Shown one piece after another: positions 1 through 14,351 of a DNA stretch of 64,000 bases. The notes beneath the pieces are model-generated. The model saw only the letters and a program-made list of their open reading frames with translations, was not told the DNA's origin and searched no databases. Position numbers and translations under genes: made by a program. Source of the DNA: Yuukianura sp. NJ FZ-2021 (lineage: Eukaryota); NCBI GenBank assembly GCA_046563655.1, contig CM102285.1, positions 5,952,001 through 6,016,000 of the forward strand. Reading direction: 5' to 3'. Position 1 is the stretch's first letter. The number at the start of each line of letters is the position of its first letter.

Positions 1-530
1 ACAGGAACCGATGAGATTTGATGCAGGAATTGGTGTAGTATAAGAACCGAGCTGATTCGATGTAGGAACTGATGTAGAACAGGAACTGAGCTGATTCGAT
101 GTAGGAATTGATGTAGAATAGGGACCGAGCTGATTCGATGCAGGAACTGATGTAGGACAGGAACTGAGTTGATTCGATGCAGGAACTGATGTAGAATAGG
201 GACCGAGCTGATTCGATGCAGGAACTGATGTAGGACATGAACTGTGTTGATTCGATGCACGAACTGATGTAGAACAGGAACCGATGAGATTCGGTGCAGG
301 AATTGAAGTAGTATATGAACCGAGCTGATTCGATGTAGGAACTGATGTAGAACAGGAACTGAGCTGATTCGATGTAGGAATTGATGTAGAATAGGAACCG
401 AGCTGATTCGATGCAGGAACTGATGTAGGACAGGAACTGAGTTGATTCGATGCAGGAACTGATATAGAACAGGAACCGGTGAGATTCGGTGCAGGAATTG
501 AAGTAGTATATGAACCGGGCTGATTTGATG
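1..530. repeat. 39-bp tandem repeat (about 13 units)
   Basis: Unit GAGCTGATTCGATGTAGGAACTGATGTAGAACAGGAACT with variants; a variant unit recurs near 1, 275 and 470. Confidence 0.9.
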
Positions 531-633
531 ATGAAAAACTGCAGATCGATGAATGAAATGGAGAAGAAACGGGAGAAGGAGGAATGGAAGTTGATTTCAT
601 TTTACTTCTATTTTTTGTTTTTCGCTGAGGCAT
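1..633 (-). CDS. Partial ORF running off the window edge, encoding a Ser/Thr/Pro-rich 13-aa tandem repeat; unknown product (host low-complexity exon or retroelement ORF1)
   Basis: Minus strand from ATG at 633 reads MPQRKTKNRSKMKSTSIPPSPVSSPF..., then repeats such as SSCSTSVPTSNQL. I saw no stop in the units I translated; the frame is also open upstream to about 825. Confidence 0.5.
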   Translation of the reverse strand, partial: MPQRKTKNRSKMKSTSIPPSPVSSPFHSSICSFSSSNQPGSYTTSIPAPNLTGSCSISVPASNQLSSCPTSVPASNQLGSYSTSIPTSNQLSSCSTSVPTSNQLGSYTTSIPAPNLIGSCSTSVRASNQHSSCPTSVPASNQLGPYSTSVPASNQLSSCPTSVPASNQLGPYSTSIPTSNQLSSCSTSVPTSNQLGSYTTPIPASNLIGSC

Positions 634-969
634 GACTGTTGGTATGGAGATGAGGTCAGGGGTCAATCGACTTGTTGAAAACTTTCGGAGTTGTTGGACC
701 AGAGAAGGTGACCGTGAGACCAAGTGACAAAACTGGTCCGTAGAGGAAGAATTGGCCACGTATCTCTGTGAAACTTGACACAAGTTGATCAGTGGACGAA
801 GGGCTTTGATGTAGTATAAGAAAAAGTTAGATATGTGACGAATAAAAGCTTAAAAAATTCTGAAAATGAGGAGCAAAATTTTCGTGTTTACACTTTTTCA
901 CTTTTACACTTTTTCATTTTAAACGACCGTACCTATAAGTATTCTATTTACCTTGAAGTATTCCTACTA

Positions 970-1245
970 AGAAATTGAAAAGGTTGAAAGTTTACAATGC
1001 ACAAATTCAAAAACTTGAAATTGTGCATGTCAAAACTGAACTGGTGTGAAATTATGCAGTCTGGCAACCAAAAAGTTAAGTGTGCAATTTGAAAACCCAT
1101 AAAGATGGTAGATGTGCAATGTAAAAACCCGAAACGTGGAATTTGTGCAATGTAAAAATCCGAAAAGTGGTATTTGTGCATCGTAAAAACACGAAATGTG
1201 GAATTTGTGCACTATGAAAACTAGAAGGTGGAAATTGTGCATTTT
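970..1245. repeat. Degenerate ~30-bp tandem repeat
   Basis: Repeated GTGGAATTTGTGCAATGTAAAAAYCCGAAA-like units. Confidence 0.75.
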
Positions 1246-1619
1246 AGGAAAACAATTTTGCTATAAGTACACACGGGTTGTGGGCCCAGCAATTTACATG
1301 AAGAGAAGGCGGAATGGGCCCAAAATCAACCAATTCCCGTAGGTGTCCTTTTGAGCGAAATTCAAATCAATCAATACAAATTTAAATTTACGAAATGATA
1401 TCAGAAAGCTTTACTTGCGCGATTATAGTTAATATATTATTCAAAACGTATTTAAAAACAATATACGCATAGTTTTTGAACTGTGTTTTTCACGTTTTTT
1501 AGTTGTTTGTAGTCAGTTAATTCAAATTCAGAGGGCAAAGCTCCACCCCTTTGGATTCATCCATTTCTTCCACTGGATATCCAGCCGTGGATGAAATGTC
1601 GGAAAAGTAGATATCCACC

Positions 1620-1995
1620 AACACTAATCATAGTATAGTCGACTATAGCTCAGAAATGGTAAAAACGCTAACGTTGACCTTTGACCTCGAGCGACGTCAC
1701 TCAAGGTCATACGCTATCACGCTATACACAAAGGTTGTTGATGCTATACACAAGCCTCGATAGATGAACGACTTTTGCAAATGTAACTTTTCATATTAGC
1801 GGGGGTTGACCTTGACCTTTAACTCGGAAGGAGTTAGTTGACCACTGGTATGATATTCAATTGTGAACATCTCCGGCACCCATGGTGTTGAATGGGGAAA
1901 ATAAATCCGTTTCCGAGATAATTGTGACTAACGGAACGGCCAGACAGGCAGACAGACATGGTAGCTACATAAAATAGCTTTTGCTACTTAATAAA
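1620..1995 (-). mobile_element. Degenerate Helentron/DINE-like non-autonomous element
   Basis: Reverse strand starts TTATTAAGTAGCAAAAGCTA, then a CTGT microsatellite and CAATTATCTCGG, matching the head of the elements at 37300 and 47668. The 3' boundary is uncertain. Confidence 0.45.
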
Positions 1996-2343
1996 ACTAG
2001 ATTTTCATTTTTAGAGCTATGATAATTAATTTGCTAGTAACACGGCAAATTGAGCTCCTTCTCTGAGTAGTTCCGGATTTCCCCAGAGATCATGTCCTGT
2101 TTCACTGATGTTGTACTCCTTCTTTGAGAGTGTAGTTTATTTTACTACTTTCTGCAATCAATTGGCTGTAAAAATATCCTGGAGCCAAATGGCTGCTACC
2201 CATTGTCCCTTGCAGCTCAATTGATTACAACCAAATCCTGAGGTTTGTATCAGAAAGCAAACAGAACTCAAATGAAACTAGTTTTTGCAAAGATACAAAA
2301 AAAACACCGAGGATTTTCTCAAGTTTGATGCTCAAGCGTTGCC

Positions 2344-3606
2344 CCAGGAGCCGAGAGCTGTGCCTGTATTAGCGAAATTTATTTCCGGATTAAGAAGAAA
2401 CGACGAGCACACCAAAACCGCTAATCTCTTTTTTCGGATTTTCGCTAAACTCGAGATAATCTTGTGTTAACACAAAAAAAAGTGGTTAGGGTGTGATCAC
2501 CCGGAACCACGATCACACTTCGAGCATTAAAATTTGAATTAGCGTAATCTAACCCTAACCAGAAGAAAAACATGGTTTCATTTGGAGATCACACTCCAAA
2601 AATTGGTTAGATTAAGATAACCTTTGGTTTAGCCCTTAACCTAGCCAGTTTTTCATCGTGACACGGGACGCGCGGGATTTGACAACTTACAATGTAAACA
2701 AACAGCAGCTGCTTACATACACAATCAAGTTCAAATCTCATCACATTAGTTCTACGGAATCACTGATCAATTTAATTGAGTACCAATACCACTCCTTGGC
2801 TTAATTGCGGTTGTGACTCAACTAGCACAATACTAGTTGGCCGTAACTCGCAGTGTAGCCATCGTTTCCATTGCTAATGCCTAAATCGGTGACCTTGTTA
2901 TTACATAATCAATCATCTCTCGTCATTACTGTTAGGAGTACACGGACGTAAGCAAAATGTTAGTCTGCCTTCTGAACAAAGATCAGTCAAGTTCATGTGA
3001 GTCACGGCCGTCTATTTAGACGAGTCAAGGCCACATGAATAGTTGTAGTGACGACATGAGGTGGCATGATACATTAAGTACCGAGTAGACAGCGAATGAA
3101 ATCGAATAGTGATGGATGATACATTAAGTACCGACTAGACTCCGAATGGAACCAAATAGTGATGACAAGAGTTGACATCGTACGTTAGTACTTCGGGGGT
3201 TCATAATGGAGACGGGCCAACAGCCCTTTTGGAGTATTAATGTAAACGTTACACGAAAATATGGAAAACGGCATCGGTCGTGACTCAAAAGAATGGTCGT
3301 GACTCGATGGAGATATGATGTAGTAAGAAGCTTCACCTTATTACCGAGATAAAACTGCTCCGGACTGGTTTTTACTTTGGAACTAAAATCTGGTTAGAAA
3401 AGTGAGGTGTGATCTCCAAACTTCTAAATCGGTAATAAGTTTGAGGGCGATCACCCCCTAACCAGAATTTTTGGGGTTATCTCAAGATTATCTCACGATT
3501 AAGGATAATCCGAAAAAAAACAGTTTAGCTGTTTTGGTGTGATCGTCCTTTTTTCCTAACCCGGCATTAAATTCCGCTAATGCTCCTGTGTGATCGTGGC
3601 TCCAGG
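2344..3606. mobile_element. Non-autonomous DNA transposon with long degenerate TIRs (~165 bp)
   Basis: 2344-2505 (CCAGGAGCC...CACACCAAAACCGCTAA...GTGGTTAGGGTGTGATCACCC) is the diverged reverse complement of 3445-3606. Internal ~50-bp tandem duplication at 3068-3165. Confidence 0.7.
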
Positions 3607-4871
3607 AGTTCAACTATTAAACATTTAAATTTGTAAAGAGTAGAGTAGTATATAAAAACACATAAAAAAAATCAAAATTCCCCAACGCTGTGTTGCATTT
3701 ATGTATGTGATCTCCTTGTGATCCGAAACTACTGTTCAGTATTCCCATAACTATAACAGTATCGTCGGTTTTAGTTTTTCAACAGTTCATGTGCATTATT
3801 ACAGTAAACATAAAAACTCAACCTCGCGGATAAATCTCAAAAGCAAGTAAAAAGTTGAAATGTAAAAGGAGTTTTTAGTATACAAGTAATTATGACGAAT
3901 TTAATGAAAAACTGGACAAATCGGCACAGGAAGTAACGCGCAGAACGATTTTAGTCAACTTTCGAATACAAATTCACCCGTTGAAATACGACAAAAATTC
4001 AGAAGCGGAACGGAAAATGACCTAAAAGTGTAATTAATGCAGATTTCAAAAGTAAGTATCATTTAAGATTTAAAGCATCTTTTTCGTTTGAAGGTAAGCC
4101 ACTCCTTTTTCAAGTCAGTCAGTAAGTTCTTAAAACCATTTCGGCAGACCACAGTCATAAGAATAGAATAAGGCTTTGAAATTTTAATAAATGCAGTAAA
4201 AAAAGCATCCCCATTGAAGCGACAGAGGACGGAGAAAAGTGTTAATGAGGACTTTCTCTGCCACTCGCTCCAAATCTCACCCGCTTCACAAGAAAACTCG
4301 TGTGATAAAGGAACTTCTCTGCAACTGCAGAGCAGGGTGGAAAGCGGTGTGATTTGGAGGATATATGTTGATAAACAGACTCGGACTCTGACGCTTTGAT
4401 TGGCTGTTGGATTCGGGTTCTGACAACCTGATCTAAACCTACTTATAAAAACACATCACGCTCTGGTACATTGGCTTGTCCCTTCTACCTGCCCCGGCAG
4501 TCCCATATCTCTTCTGTGTAATAAATGAAACCTTCCCAATTTCAAGGTTTTGCAGCAGTGACTTTTTTTTTTCAAGGAATTTCAATTGAGTTGAAGTTTT
4601 TCTTGCCATATGAACGTTTAGATTCTTAAAATGTACTTAATCATTTACTACTCGGCAAATGTTGTTGACATTTTTCACCGCAAATATTAAGTATACATTT
4701 AGAAGTAAAATATATTTTTGGCCATCTCGATTTTTCAAGAAGCGGTTCCATTTATGAAGAAAACCGACAGTCCAAGTTTTTCGAATTCTTCAGAATTCTT
4801 CGAAGCGGTTTCCAGTTTCGACATAAAAGGATTTCCTAGAGTCCCTCTTTTTGATTGCAAAATAAATAACA

Positions 4872-6107
4872 ATGTCTGCTTACACTGAATTGAATCAGTA
4901 TTTGAAATTTGGCCAATATTTTAACATTTGCCCCTACAATTTGGTCTGTACCAAATCAAAACAGTGGGCATTGGAACTTGTTCCACACAAGGTACTCAAA
5001 AAAGTAAATATAGCATGCCCATTACTACGAATCACTATGTACATCGCGGCTCAATCGTTGCTGTTACAAGCCATGGCAGAACGTAGTGAACCATTGAACC
5101 TTGCCGCTGAAGTTGCAATTGGCTCATGCATAAGCTTTCAAATCTACACTGAACTACTTTTGAATGCAGACTACAGGGGAACCATTACGTTTTTGAACAG
5201 ATTCCTCAAACTTGAGACCGACATACGTTAGTTTTTACTACAAACTATTTCAAATTAAAATATTTCCGTAGAATTGATTAACAAAAATAATTTCTTTGTT
5301 TAACAGGTAAAACGTTTGGTGAAAAAATTTGTCACAAACTGATTGACAGCGTGGTGTACTTTTATGTCCACCTTTTCAAACAGTCGTTTTCCCTGACTTT
5401 TCTTTTTGTACCAAATCGCTACTTTAGCGGCCATAACTGACCTGTTCATTATGGGATTAATTGTTCGTTTAATTTCCATATTAATTGGAAACCATATTAT
5501 CGCAGTATTTTTGGCTAGCGTTTTGGTTACTACATTAGAAATGTTCTTTTTATTTTGGGGTTTATTTAGCTTGCTTTGTATTCTTTTGATGATTACGTCC
5601 ATTCAGCAGTGGTTGAAAACATTGGCCACACTACAAGCATCTTGTACAAGCGGAATTCAAAAGAACGAATTTCGTCAGTTGTACAGAGCAATGCAAGTAT
5701 TTTGCGCAGTTTTCAATGACAAGCAGAAGTGTTGCATTCAAATTGCTTACTACGGAGACATACTTATTGTTATTTCATTTACATTTGCAATATTCAGGAG
5801 CAACTGGCAAGCAAACCCTGTCATACCAATCATTTTTACATTGGTGGATATCATGCTATTTGCCTATGGCTTTGTCGTTTGTCAATATGCTGTAAACCTT
5901 AGAGTATATTCAGAGCGTTACTACACTTTAAAAAACAGTAGAAATTTACCACGTACAAAGTATGAAAGCAGGTTTAGGAAATCGTGCCAGCCAATTGTGT
6001 TAAGTGTTGGCGGTTTTTTTACAATTTCGGAGAATAATTTCTGCCTCGAAATATTTGGAAATTTTGTTCTGAACACTACTGCCGATCTTTTGTTAACATT
6101 TCGCTGA
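4872..6107 (+). pseudogene. Gustatory-receptor-like multi-TM chemoreceptor, two exons, apparently frameshifted
   Basis: Exon 4872-5226, GT..AG intron 5227-5306, hydrophobic TM segments and a C-terminal RKSCQPIVLSVGGFFTI...NTTADLLLTF motif. The spliced frame stops at TGA near 5438 while the remaining coding sequence is in another frame (5406-6107). Confidence 0.65.
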
Positions 6108-6449
6108 GAGAGAATGCTATTGAACAAATTGTTCGTAGGATTCGTAAAGACATATTTGTTTACACTTTCTGTATAAGTCTATAAGTGTCTTGTTAGCAGT
6201 AAGCTGCCGAGTTGTTAATAACTATTTATTAATAACTATAGTAATTCAGTCTGCTGCCTCTTCAGTATGAGCATGATAATTCCGAATTTTATCAGGATCC
6301 CACATCCGAGTTACGACCCCGAGTGAAAGGTGTCTGAATTTGAAGAGAACTGACACTTCAGCTCCCAAAACAACTTATGAAAACTCCTTTTTGAGGTATT
6401 GTATTTGTATGTTGGCATTCGAATTTTAAATTTTTACTGTTTATTGAAA

Positions 6450-8170
6450 ATTTTTAATTCAAATGATATGCTGTATAAATAGATATACTATATTATAATA
6501 GCATAATAGTGTGTACTTGAAAATAGATTAATGTGTACATATCAGGAAAGAGTTGTTGTACTTATATTATACTTATAGGGTTATACATTTATATGATAAA
6601 TAGAAATGTAGCATATAATTAATACAATATACTACATCAATATTATTGTATGCATTATTAGTCGTTAATAATATTTTTATCGAATTACTTATGATATATT
6701 TTATTAGTTACATAATTTACAGTTATTTGTGTAGTTTGCGTTTTATGATATTATTTTATATAAACATATAACCTAACAATGTACCTAAATATATAACCTA
6801 TACTATCGGTCATATTTATATATATTATAGTATATATTTACCTATAAACATTTATGACATATCCCACAAATATATTGTTTAATACAAAAAGTCGCATTGT
6901 TGCCTATTACTAAATTTTAGTTATTTATTTATTGTCCTTTTATTATAATATACGGTCATATTATATTATTTTACGGTCATATACAACTAACGAGTTATAT
7001 CGTATTCTGATTTCGACTAGGGACGGGCGTGAGGCGCAGGACCAGTCTGCATTTGGAGCACTCTTTGCGTCGAGGCCGCAGAAAGTACGCATTATGCTCT
7101 CGTAATATGCAATACTTACAACCTAAAAATGTTGTTTACGGCATGAGCAGTTTGAAAATCATTATTTTTTGTCAAAAATGATGAAATATGTGCTGGAAGT
7201 ACAATTTTTCACCTTGAAAATATTTTATATAATTTATAATTTGGCCATAAAAATTCGAATTAGTACGTTGAAAAACTTTTTAAAGGTGTTTAAAAATTCT
7301 CGATTTTTTTAAGTCGGATCAAAACTGGGAAAAATCTGCGTAGCGCGAAAAATCGGCCGCTCTTTGGGTGCTTGATCGTTTCTTAGTTATACGCGCGTGT
7401 TTGAACCTTGGTACACTAGACCACCTCTTATTGCACCGTAAAACCTAAAACGGGTCCCCTCCAATAACTTTAAATTTTACAGTGTTGCAGCAAGAGAAAG
7501 CGATGGTGGAATAGGAGGTAGTTTACTGAATATGGCGTCGAAAAAAATGATCAATTCACCGACGTGTTACTATATATTACTTTATTACTTTATGTATTAC
7601 TATATAATGCTATATATTACTATATTACTATATATTGCTACATTATTATATATATATTACTTTATTACTACATATATCCTGCTGGTTTTGTTATATATTA
7701 CTATATATACTTAAGTCAGTATAACCAGTAAAATAGCAGTAGTTTCCATGTTTTATTTTAGTCGCTTATGTAATAATATTATATTATAATATATAGTATA
7801 ATTTATATACCTAGTCTGTTTATATTATATATGTATAACTATATATGTGCACTATATATATAGTTATATTAAATTATATAAATATATTATAATATTTTAT
7901 TACAATATATAATAATGCAATATAACCAACCAAGTATAAACGCCTATATACATGCATATGTTAAATATATATTAATATATAATTAATATATATTAAAACC
8001 TAATATATAACTAAATGGTGATTTGATTATTAATGATATATATTAAGTTATTTAGTGTTTTAATATGAGTTGTATATCATATATATAATATATTTGTATA
8101 ACATATGTATTATATACCTATATATTATATACCTATATAGTATTTATATATAACATATTTATGTATATAA
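6450..8170. repeat. AT-rich low-complexity tracts (about 6450-7000 and 7565-8170)
   Basis: TATA/ATTA-rich sequence flanking a GC-richer middle segment. Confidence 0.8.
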
Positions 8171-8380
8171 ATCGTCTAAAAACACAAAATAATTGAATTC
8201 GTAGATTTAGAGAGTTGACGAGAGCATCGACGAGCAAAACAGGGTTTTGTTCGTCGATTCTCTCGTCGCTACGGATCTACGAGAGGAGAAAGTCCTCTCG
8301 CGTTGTCTCTCCGGGGGTTCGGAACTCTCCCTCTCGTTGATTCTTCTCGTCGACGGCGATGCAGAACCTCCCTTTTATTA

Positions 8381-9539
8381 CTGTTCCGATCAAATAAGAA
8401 ACCGCAAAAACACCTGCAAGTTGTCATGTGTTTTTTTCCCATAAGAAAAAAGAAGCTACTCTTCCTTCCCTGAGAAAAGAGAGCAGCTTATTTTTTGACA
8501 GCGAAGAAGCGGAAAATTTGAAATTGCGCGGCATGCAAGTGTTACCGGCAATAAATGATTTTTTTTGCTATAGGAAAACCCCACCAAAAAAATATTGTTT
8601 CGGCGGTAACACCTGGATGCGGCGCAATTCAAGGAAAAATTTCACTATCGTGGGTAAGCGCCGATTTTTTTCAAATTTTTTCTGTAAACACTGCATGGAC
8701 CCCTGATCACGAAAACACAATTTTTTTGAGGGGTCTCAAAAAAAAATTTTTTTTTTCGAAATTTTGAAAAAGAAATTTCGAATTTTTTTTTGTGTCCGAT
8801 TTGGATCAAAATTGGTTTTTAGACTAATTCAAAGGTGCTAAACACGAATATCAAAGAATTTTTGGTGTAAAAGGTAAGACAAAAAAGTGACGGAATTTCC
8901 AAAGGAATCGTACTATGAGAAACGTCAGAGCAATTTATACCTAAAGTTTGCGTAAGGGCATCAAAGATGCCATAAAACTTGGAACTAAAATTAGTCATCA
9001 CTATTGCGAATCTAACCAAACCTAACACCGCGCCTTAGCGTAAATATGGCTGCAAGCTTGAACCTAAAACCTACCTCAGCCACCTAACCTATCTAACCTC
9101 GTAGAAGGAATCGATTTAAAAATGCGTAACTTTTTTGTCTTACTTTTTAGAACAAAAATTCTTTCAGATTCGTGTTTAGCATACTCGAATTAGTCTGAAA
9201 ACCAATTTTCGGCCAAATCGGAGCCAAAAAAAATTTCGAAATTTTTTTTTCCAAAATTTCGAAAAATATTTTTTTTTTGAGACCCCTCAAAAAAAATTGT
9301 GTTTTCGTGATCTGGGGTCCATAGAGTGTTTACAAAAAAAATTTGAAAAAAATCGGTGCTTGCCCACAATAATGTAATTATACCCAACTCAAATTCTCCG
9401 CTTCTTCGCTGTGAAAAAAGAAGCTTCCCTCTTTTGTCAGGGAAGGAAGAAAAGGAATGAGTAGCTTCTTTTTTCTTATGGGAAAAAAGCACATGACAAC
9501 TTGCAGGTGTTTTTGCGGTTTCTTATTTGATCGGAACAG
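8381..9539. mobile_element. Foldback-type Tc1/mariner-like non-autonomous element with 400-500 bp inverted arms and TA TSD
   Basis: TA|CTGTTCCGATCAAATAAGAAACCGC ... GCGGTTTCTTATTTGATCGGAACAG|TA. Arms about 8381-8880 and 9130-9539; the spacer contains degenerate CCTAA repeats. Confidence 0.9.
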
Positions 9540-9885
9540 TAATAGAAAACCTAGTCTGGGTATCTGAGGAATAGCCACTCCAACCAAATCATATCCCGGT
9601 CGAAATCATCTAATGTTTCATACAGAAAGGGAGAGGGACAAGGGGATATGGGAATCATTTTCACCTCCCCACTCCTACATAGAAAGGAACTGTTGTCGTG
9701 GCGCGGCGTGGAGGAAGAAACTGCCAACACACTTTATAAGTTCTTCTTCACTAGTACCTTGTTCATTTGCAAAGAAACTGTCAAAACGCTTTGACCCTGT
9801 GCTCCAGCTGTGGTTACCGGTAACTAACATCCGGATCTCCTCAATACTACTGAAAAGGAACACTGATTTCTGATTTATCTGGATT

Positions 9886-10843
<958 letters not shown>

Positions 10844-11263
10844 AAGGTTCTAAAAGGAAGCAAATTGTTCTGCTGGGCTTCCTTCAACTCGTGTTATCGA
10901 CAGTACACAAAATAAATGTCAACTAAATCCTGCTTTAAGGGTTCATTCTACGTGTCTCGCATATTTGTTAATAAAATATTGGAAAGTGTAATACATTCCA
11001 CCCCCAACCTCTTTTGCTTGAAGCAGTAGGAGTTGGCCTTGACAATTCTTCAAATAAAACCCTAATCAAAATCATATAGTAATGTGCGTTCTAAAACTGT
11101 CATGTTATTGAATCTTACAATTGACCATGCCAATGGGTAGTAGCATAGTACACAACTCCTGAGAAGAGCTAAAGGCAGCCGACAGTAAATTTGGGTGAAG
11201 GTAAGACTTAGAGTGGTTTTTTTTATCTCACGCTTCCGGTTTATTATACGATTAAACTATCTT

Positions 11264-13162
11264 TTAATTCGTAGCATCCAAAATTTGAACAGAACCGTCA
11301 GTAATTAAAAATTGTGACTCGGATTCACACTGTGACGAAGAAATAATAACTTCCACTGTAGGCGCTGGAGGAGGATGGAGAGTGACGTGCTGTCGCATAT
11401 GACAGTGGAGTGATTTCTCACTAACAAACGTGGCAGTACAACCTCCGTCTGCATCCTCACAATGGAATGTGGGTAACAGTGATTCTACCGGAATAAGCAA
11501 GCTTTGCCTCTTCTTCTTGGCGGGTCTATCGAATTCGGATAAAACTTCATCATAGTCCTGTGTTTTATGCTGCTTAATCATATGAAGTTTGAAAGATTCT
11601 AAAAAAAAATGAAAACGAGAAGTCAATACGAAAACGACATCCTCTTAAACACGTATTATAGAAAGACAATATTCGTTACTTGTTGTAGCAGTCTTAAACT
11701 TGCAAAACTTGCAAGCGAACGTAAATGGAAGTCCGGGGGTGTCCTGAACTTCTTGATCTTCGACTTGCTTCGTACTGCAATCAACCGCAGACTCAGTTTC
11801 CAGAGTTATAGTTCTAAACGTCAAAGTAGACGAAGGAAATCCATGTTTTCTTTTTATATGTACGTTCAAGTTGCATTTGAGAGACGTCTGGAAGCAACAT
11901 TCAGGACATTGAAATGGTTTTTCTGCTGTATGGATTCTGAAGTGACGCTGAAGATCAGTTTTTGTCTTGAAAGCTTTAGGACACTTTGTGCAATTATATG
12001 GGCTGTCACCTAGATTTTCACATAAAAGAACGTATCAGATGTGCGAAACTTGCATCAATAGAAACCTCCCGACGATAGTAAGAGTAAGTTCTCCTTTCTC
12101 TCGTCAAGCCTGAAACTTCGCCTATTATGCTGCTACCTGCTAAACAACCTTCTAGGTAAAAACACCATGCCAAGAATTTAATAGATTAGGTTACGTACCT
12201 GTATGGAATCGGATGTGTATGTTCATTTGGGTAGAGTCCTTCGCTTGATAAGGGCATATTTGACACCTGAAATACAAAGACACGTGTATTTCTGTACGGA
12301 TAGTTTATGCAATTATTTACTCAAGCTGATAGTTTTCAAATTCAAATTCTCTAAGAACACTATGTTCAACATGATGAATTTCATCAGTAATGCAGTATCT
12401 TTCCCTCATTTAAGACAGAAGACGATTTAAGTTTCTCACTTGTATGGTTTCAGCTCGCAATGTATTCTGGCTATATGTCTTCTAAGGGAACTTGAATCGA
12501 TACAGGAATAAGTACATCCAGTAAAGTCGCATTGAAATGATCGAACACCCTCGTGTACTTTGGTATGAGCCATGAGTTTGTCATATCGGCTGAACTGCCT
12601 ATTGCATAATTCACAACAGTAAGGCTTCTCACCTGCAGAATACAAGATCATATTAGATCATCCATTACAACATGTTCGACTTCGACATGAGCTCCGCGGG
12701 TGGATTGGGGCAAGTGTCAAGCAGTAAGAAAGACAAAGTCCGTACGCAGCCAGGAGAGATTCATATTCGCTCTAAAATGCGCGTGGACTTGGAGTTTTTT
12801 AAAAACCTAACCTTACAACATTATAGCTGTTTGACACTTGCCCCAATCTAGCCGAGCTCCGCAAAGTTCGCCGTCGCCTTACCAGTATGTTTGCGCCTAT
12901 GCCTGACCAAGTCCTTCTTGTATGGAGTTGTGTACGAACACCCCCCAACGGTGCACGGAAACCTCTTCAATTGTTGGTCTATAGAAAAGAAATTACGTTA
13001 CTTTAAAGAACCTCGTCGGTATTACCGATTCGGTAAGAACCAAATAAATCAGTTTGTACCCTTCTTATCTAGTTTTCTTGTTGCTTTCTTCATTGGCATG
13101 TTCTGTACTTTATCTTCATACAATTCTTCCTCCATGCATGATAGAACAGGCTCCGGCTCCAT
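11264..13162 (-). CDS. ZFP64: C2H2 zinc-finger protein, ZFP64-like (about 6 exons)
   Basis: Spliced fingers [76 protein letters not shown] follow the order and helix residues I recall for ZFP64. Start [13 protein letters not shown] at 13162. Confidence 0.8.
12698..12853. mobile_element. Intronic GG-ended MITE with 9-bp TSD
   Basis: GAGCTCCGC|GGGTGGATTGGGGCAAGTGTCAA ... TTGACACTTGCCCCAATCTAGCC|GAGCTCCGC; internal CCTAACCT. Confidence 0.85.
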
Positions 13163-13344
13163 TTTCCCGGTGTGCAATCGAACGTTCGCTCATAAGTTTT
13201 CACTGGTCAAGGTCAATTCGATCCGTAAGTTAAATTCAGTTCTTATTACACTTACCGCCATACACATTTCTATGAGAACCGGAAGTAACATAACAAATTA
13301 CAATTCACAATCCAAGAGAATCAACTCAACTACCGTGTATACCT

Positions 13345-13480
13345 AGTTAGTTTGCTATCGGGAATAACTAGGGTCTGACTATTCCCTTGACACGTGTTTT
13401 TCTCCTTTAACTAAATTTGACAAAACATGTGTCAGGGGAATAGTCATACCCTAAGTTATTATTTTCGTTAGCAAACTACT
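13345..13480. repeat. Inverted repeat/hairpin upstream of the ZFP64-like gene
   Basis: TAGTTTGCTA..TAGGGTCTGACTATTCCCTTGACACGTGTTTT pairs with AAAACATGTGTCAGGGGAATAGTCATACCCTA..TAGCAAACTA. Confidence 0.75.
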
Positions 13481-14351
13481 TACAGACACCTCTACACGGT
13501 ATGCAACTGATTTTGTATTTCAGACTCGAGACCTACCTGGCATGCGTTTTAGCTAGGATACTATTAATCCGCAGAGTGGCAGATACCTCAAACACTTCGG
13601 GTTCCAAAAACGTTTGACACATGAAAAACGCGAAAATAACGAGAAAGAAAATGTTCCGAAAATTTCTAGAAAACCACCAGTTAGTTTAGCCGATACGATA
13701 GAGGGTGGATGGATATTGAAACAAGCCGACCAGTTCTGAAGAAACATGAAGTTTATGAAGAAAGTGCATTCAAGACGCGTCGACGCAATGAATTTACACA
13801 ATGGATTGAATCCATTAGATTAGATCCTACGTTGAATATCAAAGCATCGAGGTGAGGTGAACGCAGTTAACAAATAAAGTCGTCAATGCTTCGAAGGTTT
13901 AAAGTTACTCACTTGATTGACGTGTGTTACAACAGTTATCTGCATTGAGTTCCATGTTACTTATTTACTTTCGCCCAGGGGCCCAGGGATTTTTCTGCAT
14001 GATTTATTAAATTCATAGTTCAAATATTACGATTAGGATGCAACTATCTGCGTTATGACAGCAATACAAACATTTCATTACTAATAGGATTAGCTGGGCA
14101 AATTAAAGATCGTTATATTTACAAGACTTGTGAGGGAAATCAAATTAATCTGAAATCTCCAAAGATCGTCAAACAAGCTAAAACCTCTCAAACACACATA
14201 CTACTACTGTCAAATTCTAAAGATCAGAACAAGTGAAGTGGAGGATGCCAACCCAGCGGATCAATGAACGAAGAGAAGAGGTTGATTGAACAATTGAAAT
14301 CATGGAATTGTTTTGAATTAATAATGTACAATTTAGGGGGAATTTATGAAA

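Noticed and set aside
1..530. Regularly spaced repeats resembling a CRISPR array
   Set aside because: Units are contiguous tandem copies with no unique spacers, and the context is eukaryotic with no cas genes.
9613..9873. Short ORFs upstream of Sec61beta
   Set aside because: More simply the promoter and 5' UTR of Sec61beta.
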